The notes: generated by a model from the letters alone, not told the origin. A stretch of 64,000 bases of DNA from Candidatus Parcubacteria bacterium (GCA_018669975.1 JABHSK010000007.1:64390-128389); one strand, 5' to 3'. Positions 10,094-19,736 are shown, counted from the first letter of the stretch. Numbers and translations: made by a program.

Positions 10094-10504
10094 ATGATAA
10101 AAAGAGTTAGAGCAGTTATTATAAAAGATAACAAAATACTTTTAATAAAAAGGGTGAAGCCCGAAGATAAATATTGGGCTGCACCAGGAGGAGGTGTTGA
10201 TCCAGGTGAGTCTGATAAACAGGCTTTGATCAGGGAGTGTCAGGAAGAGTTGGGCGTAAACGTAGAAGTATGTGAGTTATTTTTAGATATTATATCTGAA
10301 AAGCCAGCTACCAAAGGTCAGTTGGAATTTTTTTATGAATGCAAAATATTGTCTGGGAAGGTGGGTACAGGAGATGGTCCTGAGTATCAACCAGACTCAG
10401 GTTACATAGGCAGCTATCAGCCTGAATGGAGGGCTTTAGATGAATTATCATCTTTAGAATTACGCCCCCGACAACTTAAGGAAAAATTACTTATACACAA
10501 ATAA
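10094..10504 (+). CDS. NUDIX hydrolase
   Basis: Nudix box GGGVDPGESDKQALIRECQEELGV (Gx5Ex7REUxEExGU); start chosen at ATG 10094 overlapping HK stop. Confidence 0.8.
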   Translation: MIKRVRAVIIKDNKILLIKRVKPEDKYWAAPGGGVDPGESDKQALIRECQEELGVNVEVCELFLDIISEKPATKGQLEFFYECKILSGKVGTGDGPEYQPDSGYIGSYQPEWRALDELSSLELRPRQLKEKLLIHK

Positions 10505-10506
10505 TT

Positions 10507-10989
10507 TTGACAAAGATATTTATTTTTTTAACAGAGACTATTAAGCGTTTCTATCCTGAAAAAAGAGGTGATATACAAATTTCATTTGCTGGTGGAGACA
10601 CAGAGGAGCAAAGAAGAAGTATAGAATCTATTCATAAGATGTATAATCCGTTAGCGACTTCTGATAACCCAATATATAAAGAAAAAGCTGTAGTTATTTG
10701 TGACAAACCAATAGATCAGAAAGCAGAGAGTAAGTTAGAGGAATTTAAAAAAGGCTATCCTTATCTAGTAGAAAATAATCAATTATTTGAATTAGAAGCT
10801 ACTAGCTTAGAAGAATATTATCCAGAGGAGTGGAAGAAGACTTATGCAGAATCTAGGGAACTTGGTAAAAAAGGTGAAAAGACCACTTATGCCGAAGAAG
10901 TTGCAAGTCAGATAACAAAAGAACAGTTTGAGAAGGAAATGCCGATTTTGCATGAAGCATTAAACAGATGTTGGGAACTTTCATATTAG
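10507..10989 (+). CDS. hypothetical protein (TTG/alternative start in track)
   Basis: ORF only; acidic, no recognised motifs. Confidence 0.35.
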   Translation: MTKIFIFLTETIKRFYPEKRGDIQISFAGGDTEEQRRSIESIHKMYNPLATSDNPIYKEKAVVICDKPIDQKAESKLEEFKKGYPYLVENNQLFELEATSLEEYYPEEWKKTYAESRELGKKGEKTTYAEEVASQITKEQFEKEMPILHEALNRCWELSY

Positions 10990-11065
10990 GGTATGAAAGC
11001 TTTAATCAGTCAAACTAGCTCTTTAAGGTTATTATAAATCTTTTTAATCTGAGATTGAAGAATTT

Positions 11066-11287
11066 GTGCATAGAATAATGGATAGTCATAAAAGTGCTAT
11101 TGATGTTTTTGGTATCAGACAAAGGCCGGGAAAGGATATCAAGTCTTTAGGATCTATATTACAAAATATTAAGAATCCCAGAAAATATAAAGGGTATAAG
11201 AACCTTTTTGAGATAAAAGATATAGCTGCTATAACAGTCATTTGTCATTTTGCAGTAGTTTGTATAAAAGAAAAGGATAAAATATAA
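11066..11287 (+). pseudogene. truncated RelA/SpoT-type (small alarmone synthetase-like) nucleotidyltransferase fragment, 73 aa, GTG start
   Basis: GIRQRPGKDIKSLGSILQNIK...YKNLFEIKDIAAITVICHF matches the RelA_SpoT synthetase core (hisGRvKsiySi..K......DiaGiRvvc) but ORF ends ~20 aa later, lacking the C-terminal half of the domain; in-frame stop 9 nt upstream. Confidence 0.35.
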
Positions 11288-11303
11288 TCTCTAAGCCTAT
11301 AAA

Positions 11304-11334
11304 ATAACCACCAAATCTGGTGGTTATTTTTATT
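11304..11334 (+). terminator. rho-independent terminator (ATAACCACCA-aatc-TGGTGGTTAT + T-run)
   Basis: Perfect 10-bp inverted repeat followed by TTTTTATTT. Confidence 0.7.
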
Positions 11335-11362
11335 TCCAAAAACCTTTTAAAAATGTTATAAT
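11333..11362 (+). promoter_or_regulatory. putative promoter with extended -10 (TGtTATAAT) for the glycolytic operon
   Basis: TATAAT 11357-11362 with TG at -15/-14; weak -35 (TTTCCA). Confidence 0.3.
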
Positions 11363-11413
11363 ACTCACATAGAAAGCCCCCCAACAGGGGCCAGAATTAA
11401 GTAATTATAAAAT

Positions 11414-11782
11414 ATGAAAACAAGTTATTCCATAGCCTTTTTTATAGTCCTGTTAATAGTAGTATCGGGTCTAGTAGTTTTTTATGAAAAAGAGGATGAA
11501 GGTAAATCTAAAGTGCTATTGCAAACCTTAGAATGTCATTCAGATAAAATAGATAGCTCTGTGTCGGACTTAGACTCCGATACTAGCCTGATTGGCGCCA
11601 TGATTAGCTTCAAGGCAGTGCCCATAGATGAAGATACTAAAAATAAATTAACTGAACTACAAATAGTCCTAGACGAACATTCTTGGATTTTTGATTATGT
11701 AGTGGCTAAGATTCCTACTGATAGTTTATGTGAATTGACTAGCCAAGAGCAGGTGACTAGAGTATTTATACCAGAATTATAG
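11414..11782 (+). CDS. hypothetical membrane-anchored protein (N-terminal TM, acidic ectodomain)
   Basis: ORF with N-terminal hydrophobic helix; 4 nt upstream of pgk. Confidence 0.45.
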   Translation: MKTSYSIAFFIVLLIVVSGLVVFYEKEDEGKSKVLLQTLECHSDKIDSSVSDLDSDTSLIGAMISFKAVPIDEDTKNKLTELQIVLDEHSWIFDYVVAKIPTDSLCELTSQEQVTRVFIPEL

Positions 11783-11785
11783 AAT

Positions 11786-12946
11786 ATGAAGTTAAAAGAT
11801 ATTAAACAAATAAAAAATTTAACTGGTAAGCGAGTTTTATTGCGTCTTGATTTGAATGTGCCCATTGAAAAGGGTGAGGTGCCCAATAGTGGTACCTGGA
11901 GACTAGAGCGAGCTATTCCAACTATTAAATATTTAACTCGTAAAAAAGCGCGAGTGATTATTGTTGCTCATTTAGGAAGACCTGAAGGCAAGGTGATGTC
12001 CGAATTTACTATGCAGCCGGTATGTGAAAAATTGTCTCAGATGCTAGGGAAGACAATTGAGTTTTGGGCTGATGACTTTAGTGGTTATATTCAAGATAGT
12101 GAGGAAATGAGCAATGGCAGTGTGGCGATGATAGAAAACATCCGTTTTTATCGGGAAAAGAAAAATTGTAAACGTCTAGCTACTAGACTTAGTAAGTTGG
12201 CCGATATTTATGTCAATGATGCATTTGGCAATGTTCACCGTCAAGATGCTTCTATGCATGCTATTACCTATTATCTACCTAGTTATGCTGGATTATTGAT
12301 GACAGACGAAGTAAATTATTTATCCAAAGTATTAAAAACCAAGAAAGGCTTGTCAGTGATATTGGGTGGAGCTAAAGTGGCTACCAAAATAAAATTGATA
12401 GAGAAGTTTAGTAAAATGGCTGACCATGTTTGTTTGGGTGGTATTTTGGCTAATACTATGCTCAAGGCCTTGGATTATAAGGTTGGTAAATCAGTCTATG
12501 ATAAGGACTTCTTAGCTTTGGCCAAGCGTGCCTATAACGCCAAAAAGGTCCATTTACCGGAGGATTTGGTAGTTTGTAAAAACAAGAAATCAAAAAATTG
12601 TCAGACAGTAGAGATGGATAAGATCCCAGCTGGTATGATGTCTTTAGATCTGGGTCCTAAGACTATTAAAAAATATTTAGCCGAAATTAAGGCAGCCAAA
12701 TTGATTGTTTGGAATGGACCATTTGGATATTTTGAGAACAAACTTTTTGTACAGGGTTCAAAGAGCATGATGAAGGGTTTGGTTAAACTGCCAGCCAAGG
12801 TTATTATTGGTGGCGGGGAGACTGTTGAGCTGGCCAATCAACTTAAATTGAGCAAAGAATTTACTTTTGTGTCAACTGGTGGCGGTGCTATGTTGGCTTT
12901 TTTGCAGGGTAATAAATTACCGTCTTTAGAAAGATTGAAAAAATAA
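11786..12946 (+). CDS. pgk: phosphoglycerate kinase
   Basis: N-terminal RVLLRLDLNVP motif, GGGA...hinge motifs, length 386 aa. Confidence 0.95.
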   Translation: MKLKDIKQIKNLTGKRVLLRLDLNVPIEKGEVPNSGTWRLERAIPTIKYLTRKKARVIIVAHLGRPEGKVMSEFTMQPVCEKLSQMLGKTIEFWADDFSGYIQDSEEMSNGSVAMIENIRFYREKKNCKRLATRLSKLADIYVNDAFGNVHRQDASMHAITYYLPSYAGLLMTDEVNYLSKVLKTKKGLSVILGGAKVATKIKLIEKFSKMADHVCLGGILANTMLKALDYKVGKSVYDKDFLALAKRAYNAKKVHLPEDLVVCKNKKSKNCQTVEMDKIPAGMMSLDLGPKTIKKYLAEIKAAKLIVWNGPFGYFENKLFVQGSKSMMKGLVKLPAKVIIGGGETVELANQLKLSKEFTFVSTGGGAMLAFLQGNKLPSLERLKK

Positions 12947-12962
12947 TTTTTAAATAATAGAC

Positions 12963-14237
12963 ATGCCAGATAAAATAAAAAAAATAAGCGCCCTTGAGAT
13001 TTTAGACTCTCGTGGTAATCCAACAGTGCAGGTTAATATAGAGTTGTCCAATGGTACCATTGGTTCTGCTTCTGTGCCTTCAGGCGCCTCAACTGGACGT
13101 TTTGAAGCCTATGAGCTTAGAGATGGAGATACGCATAGATACGATGGTAAAGGGGTGCTCAAAGCAGTGGCCAATGTAAATACTGTTTTAAATGATGAAC
13201 TGCAAGGCATGCAGATTACAGAGCAAACCAAGATAGATGAGTTGATGATCAAGCTAGACGGCACTAAAAATAAAAGTAAGTTGGGTGCCAATGCTATTTT
13301 GGGTGTATCTTTAGCTGCTGCATCCACAGCTGCTAAGTCAACTGGCAAGCCATTGTATGAATATTTACGTAGCCTATACAATCCTAAATTAAAGAAAATG
13401 AAACTACCAACGCCAGTAGTTAATGTCATTAATGGTGGGGCTCATGGTAGTACCAATATAAATATTCAGGAATTTTGGATAGTTCCTATTAAAGCTAAAA
13501 CTTTTGCGGAAAAAATACGCCAAGCTAGCGAAATTTTCCATGAATTAGGTGATTTACTGCACGCTACTGGTTTAGATACTGACCTAGGTAATGAAGGCGG
13601 TTATTCACCAATGGTAAAATCACACAAGCAGGTGTTTGAATTCTTGATGCACGCTGTAGAAAAAAGTGGCTATGTGCCAGGTAAGGATATTGTTTTTGGT
13701 ATTGATGCCGGAGCCTCTGAATTTTATGATCAAGACAAAGAGGTTTACCAACTTAAATTGGAAGGACACGATTTTAATGCCGAGGAGTTGATTGATTATT
13801 ACCTTGATACTATGGAAATTTATCCATTGAGGTTTTTGGAAGATCCACTAGATCAAGAAGACTGGCATGCTTGGCAGCAATTTAGCAAGGAGCATTATAT
13901 CAAAGACAATGATGTTAAAATTATTGGCGATGATTTATTTGTCACCAATCAGACTAGATTAAAAAAAGGTATCGATATGGAGGTAGCCAATACCATCTTG
14001 ATTAAACCAAATCAGATTGGTACTTTAACCGAGACCATTGATACTATTAAGTTAGCGCAGGCTAATAAATACCAAATTGTAGTTTCTCACCGTAGTGGTG
14101 AGACTGCTGATACAACCATTGCTGATTTATCTGTGGCGGTTAATGCAGATTATATTAAGACTGGGTCAACTTCTAGAGGAGAGAGGACAGCCAAGTATAA
14201 TCGCTTATTAAACATTGAACAAGAATTAAGTAAATAA
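12963..14237 (+). CDS. eno: enolase (phosphopyruvate hydratase)
   Basis: ILDSRGNPTVQV N-terminus; IKxNQIGTLTET; SHRSGETxD motifs. Confidence 0.95.
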   Translation: MPDKIKKISALEILDSRGNPTVQVNIELSNGTIGSASVPSGASTGRFEAYELRDGDTHRYDGKGVLKAVANVNTVLNDELQGMQITEQTKIDELMIKLDGTKNKSKLGANAILGVSLAAASTAAKSTGKPLYEYLRSLYNPKLKKMKLPTPVVNVINGGAHGSTNINIQEFWIVPIKAKTFAEKIRQASEIFHELGDLLHATGLDTDLGNEGGYSPMVKSHKQVFEFLMHAVEKSGYVPGKDIVFGIDAGASEFYDQDKEVYQLKLEGHDFNAEELIDYYLDTMEIYPLRFLEDPLDQEDWHAWQQFSKEHYIKDNDVKIIGDDLFVTNQTRLKKGIDMEVANTILIKPNQIGTLTETIDTIKLAQANKYQIVVSHRSGETADTTIADLSVAVNADYIKTGSTSRGERTAKYNRLLNIEQELSK

Positions 14238-14257
14238 TAATATAGACAATATATATT

Positions 14258-15853
14258 ATGCCTATTTCAGCACCAATTACAGCTAAAGGGAAGAATCAAA
14301 TAAATAAGGGGGCACTACCGCTTGTTTTGGTGGTTTTGGATGGCTGGGGTCTCAACCCGACCAAAGAAGGTAATGCTATCGCTGAAGCCAACACCCCAGT
14401 AATGGATAGTCTTTATGAACAGTATCCAAATATGAAGCTGAATGCTTCCTCAAGCTATGTTGGCTTACCCAAGGGGCAGCCTGGTAATTCTGAGGCTGGT
14501 CATATGAATATTGGAGCTGGTAGAGTAGTAGAGCAAGATGCGGTATTGATTTCCAGGAGTATTAGTAATGGTACTTTTTTTAAGAATCCAGCTTTTTTGC
14601 AGGCCGCTCATCACGCCATCAAGAATAAATCTGATGTTCATCTAATGGGCTTGCTGGTAGACGGATCTAGTCCGCATTCTGATAATGATCACTTGTTATC
14701 ACTGATTAGTTTTTTTATTAGCTCTACCAAACGAGATATCTATCTACATCTGTTTACTGATGGTCGTGATAGTCCCAAGTTTGCAGCCCTTAAAGTTTTG
14801 GGGCAATATAAAAATATTTTCAATACTCCACGTATAAAAGTTGCCACTATCATGGGTCGTTTTTATTCTATGGATAGGAAGAAATCGTGGCAGCACACTA
14901 AAATGGCCTACGATTGTTTAGTTTCTGGCAAGGGGCACGCAGCCAGTACCCCCTTGGATGCAGTTAGTCAGGCCTACAATAGAGGAGAGAGTGACGAATT
15001 TATGACCCCATCCGTAATAGTAAAAAATGGCAAGCCAATTGGATCAATAAATGGAAAAGACTCTGTAGTATTTTTCAATTTGCGATCTGACCGAGCCAGG
15101 CAACTGGCCAAAGCGTTTACTCAAGATGATTTTGAGAAAAAAAACGGCGGTAATTTCAAGCGTGATAAAATAGTAGATGATCTATTGTTTGTGGCTTTGA
15201 CTGATTTTGGGCCAGATCTAGACAATATACTGACGGCTTATCCTGGTATTGATGTTCCTGATACACTACCTATGGCCATGCGTGAATTAAGTCAGGAATA
15301 TATAGCAGAGACAGAAAAATACGCTCACGTCACTTATTTTTTTAACGGTGGTTATGCTCATACTGTGGTTGGAGAAAAAAGAGTCAATATACCATCCAAA
15401 AATATTCCGTCCTATGATAAGATGCCAGAGATGAGTACTTTTGAAGTTGCTGATGCTGTGCTTAAAGCAGTTAGAGGAGGTAAGTCAGATTTTATTACTG
15501 TTAATTTTGCTGCACCAGATATGATTGGGCATACTGGTAATATAGAAGCAGCTGTCCAGGCAATTGAAGCTGTCGACAAGGCTTTGGGTAGCATTGTCAA
15601 AGCAGTTAAAAGTAAACAGGGAACAGTCGTGGTGCTTTCCGACCACGGTAATGCTGACGAGATGTTAAACTTGAAAACAGGAGAAGTTGTTACACAACAT
15701 TCAAAGTATTTGGTGCCTTTTATCTTAGTATCTGATAAAAAATATAATTTAGTTACAAAAGGTAAGTTGGGTAATGTGGCACCGACTATATTAGAAATTT
15801 TAAATATTACTAAACCGAAATTAATGACTTGTAAGTCTTTAATAAAAAAATAA
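14258..15853 (+). CDS. gpmI: 2,3-bisphosphoglycerate-independent phosphoglycerate mutase (copy 1)
   Basis: LVVLDGWG, GNSEAGHMNIGAGR (phospho-Ser motif), AHVTYFFNGG, DHGNADEM. Confidence 0.9.
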   Translation: MPISAPITAKGKNQINKGALPLVLVVLDGWGLNPTKEGNAIAEANTPVMDSLYEQYPNMKLNASSSYVGLPKGQPGNSEAGHMNIGAGRVVEQDAVLISRSISNGTFFKNPAFLQAAHHAIKNKSDVHLMGLLVDGSSPHSDNDHLLSLISFFISSTKRDIYLHLFTDGRDSPKFAALKVLGQYKNIFNTPRIKVATIMGRFYSMDRKKSWQHTKMAYDCLVSGKGHAASTPLDAVSQAYNRGESDEFMTPSVIVKNGKPIGSINGKDSVVFFNLRSDRARQLAKAFTQDDFEKKNGGNFKRDKIVDDLLFVALTDFGPDLDNILTAYPGIDVPDTLPMAMRELSQEYIAETEKYAHVTYFFNGGYAHTVVGEKRVNIPSKNIPSYDKMPEMSTFEVADAVLKAVRGGKSDFITVNFAAPDMIGHTGNIEAAVQAIEAVDKALGSIVKAVKSKQGTVVVLSDHGNADEMLNLKTGEVVTQHSKYLVPFILVSDKKYNLVTKGKLGNVAPTILEILNITKPKLMTCKSLIKK

Positions 15854-17431
15854 ATGCAGAGACCAAAACCAGTAGTACTAATAATTTTAGATGGATTCGG
15901 CATAGCTCCACCTTCACGAGCCAATGCTATTTCTTTGGCTAAAACGCCAAATTTTGATAAGTATGCCTCCAATTATCCAATTATGCCAGTATCAGCTAGC
16001 GGTGAAGCCGTTGGTTTGTCCTGGGGTGAAATGGGTAATTCACAGGTAGGTCATTTATCTTTAGGCTCAGGTATTATTCCTTATCAACTATTGCCTAGGA
16101 TTACCAAATCAGTTACCGATGGAGATTTCTATGAAAATGAAGCTTTTTTGAAGGCTTGTAAGCATGCCAAAAAGAATGACAGTGCCCTTCATATAATGGG
16201 CCTAGTTAGTAATGGAGGTATTCATAGTTATAATGAACATCTTTATGCTTTGGTAGAATTGGCACATAAGCAAAAAGTAAATAGGCTTTATATACATGCT
16301 TTTTTGGATGGTCGTGATACCCCGTACAATAGTGGTTTGACTTTTATTACCAAATTACAAGACAAGCTAAAAATCATTGGTATTGGTGCTATTGCTACTT
16401 TAGCAGGCCGTTTTCATGCTATGGATAGAGATAACCGTTGGGATAGAACTGAGGGAGCTTTTAGAGCTATAGTTGATGGTGTTTCAGCTAAGCAGTTTAA
16501 AGATCCTCTAGAAGCTATACAGAAATCATATGATGACAAAGTTTATGATGAGGAATTTATACCAACCGTGATTGTGGATGATGTTAATCAACCGCGTGGT
16601 AAAGTTAGCGATGGTGATGCAGTTATATTTTTTAATTTTAGGTCAGATAGAGCTAGGCAGCTAACCAAGGCTTTGGTGTTGCCCGGGTTTGAAAAATTTA
16701 AAAGAGAATACTTTAAAAATTTATACATGGCTACTATGGCCGAGTATGAAAAAGATTTGCCGGTTATTGTAGCTTTTCCACCACTGACCATTGAGATGCC
16801 TCTGGCTAGAGTGATCTCTGAAGCAGGATTGAAACAATTGCATATAGCTGAGACAGAGAAGTATGCCCATGTTACTTATTTTTTCAATGGCGGTAAAGAA
16901 ATTATTTATGAAGGAGAAGATAGAATATTAGTGCCATCGCCAGCAGTAACCTCCTATGATCAAAAACCAGCTATGTCTGCTCGTGAAATGACTGCCAAGA
17001 CTACACAGGCTATCAAAGAGGGAAAGTATGATTTTATAGTCATGAATTTTGCCAATGCGGATATGGTAGGACACACTGGTAATATGCAAGCGGCCATAGA
17101 GTCTATAGAAATTTTAGATCAGGTGGTTGCGGAAATTGTAGAAACTGCCTTATCATATGATGGCGTTTGCCTAATCACTTCTGATCACGGCAATGTAGAG
17201 GCTATGCATGATCCTCAAACTGGCGTGATAGATAAGGAGCATACAAATAATCCAGTACCTTTGTTTATTATAGGAAATGAATTTGCTGGAAAAAGTGTTT
17301 TGACTGGCGTGACAGGCACAGACCTTAGTCATGTTACACCAGTGGGTGTTTTGTCAGATATTTCCCCGACAGTTTTGAAAATTTTAGGAATAAAAAGACC
17401 ACCGGAGATGACCGGTAGCTCTTTAGTTTAA
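15854..17431 (+). CDS. gpmI: 2,3-bisphosphoglycerate-independent phosphoglycerate mutase paralog (copy 2, divergent)
   Basis: VVLIILDGFG, GNSQVGHLSLGSG, AHVTYFFNGG, DHGNVEAM; starts 1 nt after copy 1 stop. Confidence 0.85.
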   Translation: MQRPKPVVLIILDGFGIAPPSRANAISLAKTPNFDKYASNYPIMPVSASGEAVGLSWGEMGNSQVGHLSLGSGIIPYQLLPRITKSVTDGDFYENEAFLKACKHAKKNDSALHIMGLVSNGGIHSYNEHLYALVELAHKQKVNRLYIHAFLDGRDTPYNSGLTFITKLQDKLKIIGIGAIATLAGRFHAMDRDNRWDRTEGAFRAIVDGVSAKQFKDPLEAIQKSYDDKVYDEEFIPTVIVDDVNQPRGKVSDGDAVIFFNFRSDRARQLTKALVLPGFEKFKREYFKNLYMATMAEYEKDLPVIVAFPPLTIEMPLARVISEAGLKQLHIAETEKYAHVTYFFNGGKEIIYEGEDRILVPSPAVTSYDQKPAMSAREMTAKTTQAIKEGKYDFIVMNFANADMVGHTGNMQAAIESIEILDQVVAEIVETALSYDGVCLITSDHGNVEAMHDPQTGVIDKEHTNNPVPLFIIGNEFAGKSVLTGVTGTDLSHVTPVGVLSDISPTVLKILGIKRPPEMTGSSLV

Positions 17432-17439
17432 AGTTTAAA

Positions 17440-17871
17440 TTAAGACCAGATCATTATAGCGGCCATTGTCAGCACCAAGCTGATTAGGGATCCAACTATA
17501 ATTTCGATATTTTTATGACCGAAGCGCTCGTTTAGTACAGGAAATTTATATTCCTGCTTATCAGGCAGTTCTTTAATTAGCTTGTTGAGAATTTGTCCGT
17601 GAGTACCTAAATGCCAACGAATACCAGAGGCATCACGAATAGTAAATAGGGTGATAATGATAGCAATAGCAAATTCTGGAGAATCCATACCTTGGTAATA
17701 GCCCATGACTGTGGCCAGAGATACTACTAGAGCTGCATGACTAGAGGGCATACCGCCATAACTAAGTATAGATGGTAATGAAAAATTTCCCTTTAGTATT
17801 TCTATAATAACTTTAATTCCTTGGTTAATGATCATTATTGCCAAGGGTATGATAAATAATTTGTATTCCAT
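17440..17871 (-). CDS. divergent PAP2-family (acid phosphatase/vanadium haloperoxidase-related, DUF212-like) membrane protein
   Basis: GGMPSSHAALV motif and 4 TM helices typical of divergent PAP2 family. Confidence 0.55.
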   Translation of the reverse strand: MEYKLFIIPLAIMIINQGIKVIIEILKGNFSLPSILSYGGMPSSHAALVVSLATVMGYYQGMDSPEFAIAIIITLFTIRDASGIRWHLGTHGQILNKLIKELPDKQEYKFPVLNERFGHKNIEIIVGSLISLVLTMAAIMIWS

Positions 17872-17928
17872 AAGACGAATATATAATAATTATATACAAT
17901 CATTATAACAAAAATTAAGTAAAAGACA

Positions 17929-18681
17929 ATGAATATAATAGAAATTTCTTTTTTAGGGGTTGTTCAGGGTATAACAGAGTGGTTACCTGTTTCTAGCTCA
18001 GGGCACCTAGTATTATTTACACAATGGCTTAATATACAAGATTCTTCGTTGGCTTTTGATATATTTTTGCATGTAGCGAGTTTGGCGGTGATTATATTTT
18101 TCTTTAGAAAGCAAATCATCGAGGCTATTGAAAATTCTCTCAACAAAAGACATAAAAATAAAGACAAGAAAGACTGGTTGTGGTATATAGCTCTCAGTAG
18201 TTTAGTGACAGCAGTGGTTGGGTTGATATTTTATAGATACATGGGTGCTTTCCGAAATAGTGCTTCAGTATCAGATTGGTTACTGGTCACTTCTATTTTG
18301 TTGTTAGCTACAAAATTTAGTAAGGAGCATAAAAATATTGGTTGGGGACACGCCTTGGTACTTGGTTTAGCACAGGGTTTTGGTGTGTTGCCAGGCTTGT
18401 CTAGGAGTGGAGTGGTGATAGCAGTGGCTTTGATTATGGGTGTAAAGAAGAAACAAGCCTTTGAATATGCTTTTATTATGGCCATCCCAGCTATTCTAGG
18501 ATCATTTATCCTGTCACTAGGTGATTTTAACTGGCAATGGGTATATTTGATTGGTTTTGCTTTGACAGTAGTTGTTAGTTATTTAACTTTAAATTTATTA
18601 CGTATAATTATAAATAGGAATTATTTTTATTTATTTTTTATTTATACTTTACTTTTAGCATTAATCATTAAAACTCTCTAA
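17929..18681 (+). CDS. uppP: undecaprenyl-diphosphate phosphatase
   Basis: BacA/UppP N-terminus VVQGITEWLPVSSSGHL; GLSRSG motif; 8 TM. Confidence 0.9.
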   Translation: MNIIEISFLGVVQGITEWLPVSSSGHLVLFTQWLNIQDSSLAFDIFLHVASLAVIIFFFRKQIIEAIENSLNKRHKNKDKKDWLWYIALSSLVTAVVGLIFYRYMGAFRNSASVSDWLLVTSILLLATKFSKEHKNIGWGHALVLGLAQGFGVLPGLSRSGVVIAVALIMGVKKKQAFEYAFIMAIPAILGSFILSLGDFNWQWVYLIGFALTVVVSYLTLNLLRIIINRNYFYLFFIYTLLLALIIKTL

Positions 18682-19736
18682 TGCTTTATCCAGTTATTCT
18701 AGCAGGGGGGATAGGCAGTAGGCTGTGGCCGATATCAAATAGTAATCAGCCAAAACAGTTTAGAGCCTTGCTCAACGATAAAACTTTACTGCAAAATACA
18801 TATCAGAGGATTATTCAGGGCTTTGATCCAAAGTCAGTTTTTGTGACTACCAATTCAAATATGGCAGAGACTGTCATAGAGCAACTTGGTATTAAGCAGC
18901 AACAGTTGTTTGTTGAACCAATAGCCAAAGGTACAGCTATCGCTATTGGCTTGGCAGCTTTGCGTTTAACACAAATAGACAAAGAGGCAATCTTAGTTAC
19001 CATCAACAGTGATCACTACATTAAAGATGAGAAGGCCTATATAAAAACCATTAAACAGGCTGGTAAATTAGTTGAGAAGAACCCTGATAAAATGGTTTTG
19101 GTTGGAATAAAACCAGAATACCCTGAAACCGGTTATGGCTATATCGAACTTGGTAAAAAACAGCCTGGCCAGGTATATAATGTTGATTCATTTAGAGAGA
19201 AGCCAAATGTAAAAACTGCTCAACAGTACATCGAAGCTGGAAATTATCTTTGGAATCCAGCTATTTTTGTATGTCGAGCCAAACAACTATTAGCTTGGTA
19301 TAAACAATTTTTGCCAGAGATATACCAGGCTTTGATGGATATTAAAAAGCAAAAAACAATAGCCGCAATAAAGAAAATATATGAACAAGTTAAAAATGTC
19401 AGCATTGACATAGGCTTGTTAGAAAAGATGTCAGATATGTTGGTAATACCAGCAGATTTTGGTTGGGCTGATATTGGACACTGGCGCAGCTTGCGTGATG
19501 TGCAGTTGGTCAACAAGGGTGATGGTAATGTCACTAACAGTCAAACGGTGCTACTTGAAAGTAATAATAATTTGTTGTACAGTTTTAGTGGCAAGCTGGT
19601 GACTACCATTGGCGTACACGATATGATATTGGTAGAAACTGAGGATGTATTATTTCTCTGTCCAGCCGATAGGGTTCATGAGATTAAAGAATTATCAGCT
19701 GAAATTAAATCAAACAATTTAGATAAATACTTATGA
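18681..19736 (+). CDS. mannose-1-phosphate guanylyltransferase-like nucleotidyltransferase
   Basis: VILAGGIGSRLWPIS N-terminal NTP-transferase motif; ~350 aa ManC-like architecture. Confidence 0.75.
   Translation: MLYPVILAGGIGSRLWPISNSNQPKQFRALLNDKTLLQNTYQRIIQGFDPKSVFVTTNSNMAETVIEQLGIKQQQLFVEPIAKGTAIAIGLAALRLTQIDKEAILVTINSDHYIKDEKAYIKTIKQAGKLVEKNPDKMVLVGIKPEYPETGYGYIELGKKQPGQVYNVDSFREKPNVKTAQQYIEAGNYLWNPAIFVCRAKQLLAWYKQFLPEIYQALMDIKKQKTIAAIKKIYEQVKNVSIDIGLLEKMSDMLVIPADFGWADIGHWRSLRDVQLVNKGDGNVTNSQTVLLESNNNLLYSFSGKLVTTIGVHDMILVETEDVLFLCPADRVHEIKELSAEIKSNNLDKYL

Noticed and set aside
15854-17431. Second gpmI copy as a pseudogene
   Set aside because: Full-length, retains phospho-Ser, metal-binding and loop motifs; no frameshifts.
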